DNA from: Raja brachyura
Taxonomy: Eukaryota
DNA: 64,000 nucleotides
NCBI GenBank assembly: GCA_963514005.1
Contig: OY740790.1
Location: 19,716,001-19,780,000, forward strand
Direction of reading: 5' to 3'
The notes under the pieces are model-generated. The model had not been told where the DNA came from and searched no databases. It worked only from the letters and a program-made list of their open reading frames with translations. How positions within the stretch are numbered: position 1 is the first letter of the stretch; each line of letters starts with the position of its first letter. Positions 60,476-64,000 of this stretch are shown here, one piece after another. The position numbers and the translations under genes were made by a program.

Positions 60476-60740
60476 GAATATTTTGCTTGATTTGTTTACA
60501 CCCTAGCGGTATGATCATTGACTTCTCCAATTTCAGGTAGTCCGTGTAGTCAGCTTTCTCCCTCCTTCCCCTCCCCTTCCCAGCTCCTCCACAGCCTACT
60601 GTCTCCGCCTCTTCCTCTCTTCTTCCCGCCCCCCCCCACCCCCACATCAGTCTGAAGAAGGGTCTCAACCCGAAACGTCACCTATTTCTTCCTCCATAGA
60701 TGCTGCCTCACCCGCTGAGTTTCTCCAGCATTTTTGTCAC
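60476..60740 (+). mobile_element. Penelope-like 3' terminus with hammerhead core, ~60 nt downstream of alg6 exon 11
   Basis: Reverse complement of the family at 2001-2240 (acttctccaatttcaggtagtcc...ctcctcccacagcctactgtctccgcc-like); ctgaagaagggtctcaacccgaaacgtc at 60652-60679. Confidence 0.85.
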
Positions 60741-61979
60741 CCACACGATGAGTGGTCCTCTGCCTCATTAAGTGGGTGATGAATGATTTCATCCATTCCC
60801 TCCGTTTCCTGGGTTCACTGGAGTGAGAAACCTTTTCTTTAAATAACCTTCCTTTTGTCAAGCATGGTCTATTTAACATTGGATTGGCTATTTCACATCA
60901 GACTATTGAAAACATGGATGTGGGATTGAATCTGTGACCTTGCTCTGCATTGTCCTATTATCTCTTCAGACATTTTCAGTACTTTTGATCTTGATGCAGT
61001 GTTATAATTTTTATTTTTCAAAGTATTGTCTCCATTTGTCATTACACTGGATTACTTGGTAGGATATGTGACGAGTGTAAGAGTTGACCTTTCAAGGCAA
61101 TGTTCCTTCATCAGAACTGGAGCAGTTATTTACTTTGTTTCCCAGTTCAATAGTTAACTCTCATTTTACATGTTCTAATCCTGTGATTATAAATGCATAC
61201 ACAATCATAGATAGGTACAAGTATTTGTTTCCAGTAACAAAGGAGAAATGTGTGAATAACTTATATTTTAATACTGACACATTAAGAAAGCCTCCTTAAG
61301 TTCCTCAAGTCCCTTATGCTGTCTAAGCAATACTGTGAGTTCAAATCTTCAGATTGTCATGTGCTTCTGCTTACTGTTCAAATTAGTTAGTTGTGGTATT
61401 ACATTTAATGAAATCAGACTTTGAAAACAGTCAGCTGATTTGCAAAGAGAACATTTTATATTAATTGCGGCACTTTTATCTTTTATATATTGTAATTATG
61501 AGAAGTAACAGCATATTAAAAGTGACTTTCGCAACTTTTCAAATTGTTTTGAAATATTTAATTAAAGAAAGGTTAGATTCTACAAATACTTAATTAAAGA
61601 AAAGTTAGATCCCATATAGTCTCTTGCTATCTATTGTGATTGACCAGGTTTTTGGGATAGTTAAATATTCAGCCTAATGTATTAATGGGATAAAATAGAT
61701 CGGGGATCTCCCAAATTATCTTGATTTTAATGTGCTGGTTGATGTTGGCAAGATCAGCCATTTCACAGGTTAGAAAGTGGGAAAAAATACAGATCAAGTG
61801 AATCCCTGCCCCTCGTTAGGCAGTTCATCTTGCTAGAAAGGATATGTTTGCAATAACTTGCATGGTGTAATGATGCAGCTGGATAGTCCAAATATAATGT
61901 ATGCTAACACATAATGAAAGATTAATTGGATGGAGAACTATAACTCAACTGGTGTTGATGCTGTTAAGTAAACTGGAAG

Positions 61980-62312
61980 TTAGACAGCGCAGAAACGGAT
62001 CCTTTGATCCACAACGTTTGTACTGATCATCAAGCACCCACTTCCACTAATCCCATACTAATCCCATTTTATTCTCCCCACGCTCCCAGTAACTCCCACC
62101 ACATTCCACTCTTTGCCTACACATGAGAGGCAGTGTGCAGCAGACTGACCACACATCTTTGGAATGTGGGAGGAAACCAAAGCACTCGGATAAACTTTAT
62201 GCAGTCACGGGGAAAACGTGCAAACTCTAGACAGACAGCATCGGAAGTCAGTATTTAACCTAGGTTGCTGGAGATATGAAGTGACAATTCTATCTATTGT
62301 GCTATGGTGGTG
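61980..62312 (-). mobile_element. V-SINE (HE1-like)
   Basis: tctttggaatgtgggaggaaaccaaagcactcgg...gtcacggggaaaacgtgcaaactctagacagacagca, antisense V-core. Confidence 0.78.
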
Positions 62313-63654
62313 TCCAAAAATTGATGAGTAGATGGTGAATGTAAGTGACCCAGAAGCCGACATGTTTCGTAGCTGGTTCCCAGTACTACATTACAAGCAC
62401 TGCTCCTTTTATGCTAGGCGTTGCAATATTTTACCTTAAAACAAATGTAATTTTTTACGTAAGTAAGCTCAATCTATTTTTTTCCCCATTCTTTGAGTGA
62501 TTACAATGTTTGCAGTAATATAGACAATTAGGTTATTTACGAAAAAGACAAGGAAATTGTTAGGATACATCAAACACAGTAAAATTATTCCTCTTTGGTT
62601 GTACCAACCTCTACCCATTTTATTCCCCAGTCCCTACTCCTTCAGAAATAGGCTTCATGTATTATCTGGTTCAAAGATCCGTCCCAGCAATTTTTGTATA
62701 GATCTATTGACACTATTTTGCTTAACCTTTTAGTCCATCATATTAATTTCTAACGACCCTTGGCACTTGACCTTCTGAATAAAGTATTTGTCTTCAATTT
62801 AGTTAGTTACATTATCAAACTTCAAAATGTTATTTGTTTAGCTTATTCCAAAGCCTCCTTTTATCTTGCGAGAGAAGCTTTACTTGAAAATGGAAGATAT
62901 TTTCCTTGTACCTGACACACTGATCTATGGTCAATGTGAATCCAATCCAATTTTGTGGTGATCATAGCAATCAATGCTTTAAGAATTAGGCACTTGAACT
63001 ATGAGCATATGGCTTAAGACAGAACAATAAACATTGTGCACAGTCTACTTACACAGAAACCTATTACAATATATTCAATTTACATTAGCAAGGAACAGCA
63101 TTTACAAATTAAGTTATTGCATTTTATTCTCTATCCACTAATATATGTTGAATGTATTTTTAAAAATGTTGACTAGTTTAAGACTTTTTAATTCTTTTAA
63201 TATTGACATGATACTAATTTTAAATAATTTCTGCATTGAAAAAAATTCCAAGTAAAAATTATAAATTCCATAATCAGATTTGTGCTCATATTGCTGACTC
63301 ACTTGTTACCAATTTAACCAAACTGCTGCATTAAAATCATGGTGGATCTGTGGCAAACATTGGGTAAATGTCTACAAATTCATCGATCTGTCCTAAAAAC
63401 CATTGTGTAGCAGAGTATAGGACCTTCCGGAAAGCAGTCTGGAATAGATTTATTTTTTTCAATTGAATTGAATGTTATATATAAATAAAAAGGAATTGGA
63501 CAGGATATATTATGCAAGACTAAATGAAGCGGCTGAATTGAACAAAGTATTAATGAATAAAATGTCTATTACTAAACTGGGCAAAAATAACTAGCGATTA
63601 AATAAATATTCCTCAGTTACTGACTAATCTGTCAGTTAACATTTTTTCACATTG

Positions 63655-64000
63655 AAGTCTGGCTCAGCCAGTGGCACCTAGGAATAGACTGGGTGACAAC
63701 CAAGAATAGTTTGGTGACTACTGGAGAGACAGTTGACGGCACGGAAAGACGGCACCCGGGAAAGGCTGGGTTAGCACCCCAGTCTGTGTCTTTTGTGAGG
63801 AAGACACCCAACAAAGCTAAGTAAAGGCTTAATGAACCATCATGGCCTAAACATCCATCAGGCGAGAATGAAATGCTCGGAGAAGGAGAAAGAGGTGCAG
63901 CGCACAGGCCTTGAACTTGGTGAGACACAGGAGGAGCCCGGCCGGGAGCCACCCCACAGAGCCCAGTCCCTCCATGCACTAGAGTCTCCCAACCCCTGCA
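63655..64000 (+). mobile_element. 5' end of a HERO-like (R2-group) non-LTR retrotransposon, truncated by the window end
   Basis: The frame from 63832 reads MNHHGLNIHQARMKCSEKEKEVQRTGLELGETQEEPGREPPHRAQSLHA, which resembles the N-terminal GLKIHQARMKC...GETQEEPG signature I recall from fish HERO elements; GC content rises abruptly here. Confidence 0.65.

Noticed and set aside
63100-63600. Possible L1-like ORF2 remnant in AT-rich sequence
   Set aside because: Only a vague resemblance with many stop codons; not supportable without a search.
60416-64000. Search for alg6 coding exon 12 (expected PVCL...WFLL...FS-like)
   Set aside because: No AG-flanked segment with matching translation was found, so the exon probably lies beyond the window.

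Overview
This is vertebrate nuclear DNA, most likely a cartilaginous fish such as a skate or ray (inferred from the repeat families). It holds two + strand genes in the conserved vertebrate order. The first is an intronless foxd3 (CDS 19517-20650, 377 aa, forkhead domain plus eh1 motif). It sits in a TE-poor, CpG-retaining domain of about 15 kb, with an assembly gap just upstream of its start codon. The second is alg6, of which I could reconstruct the first 11 coding exons by hand (26854-60415, 1052 coding nt in one open frame); the remaining exons probably lie past the window end. One alg6 intron is a U12-type AT-AC minor intron. The rest is mostly mobile DNA: nested CR1/L2/Rex1 LINE fragments, V-SINEs, a Deu-SINE-like relic, an RTE-X-like 3' end, the 5' end of a HERO-like retrotransposon and a 1-kb non-autonomous TIR element. 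There are also Penelope-like (GIY-YIG) fragments and about a dozen short, often palindromic derivatives of their termini. Several of these carry a minimal hammerhead-ribozyme core (CTGAAGA-A-GGGTC-TC-GACCC-GAAACGTC), which is the most interesting non-genic signal here. Nearly all other ORFs in the supplied track are spurious or TE-derived. Repeat boundaries were read by eye and are approximate, and all family assignments come from recall, not from searches.
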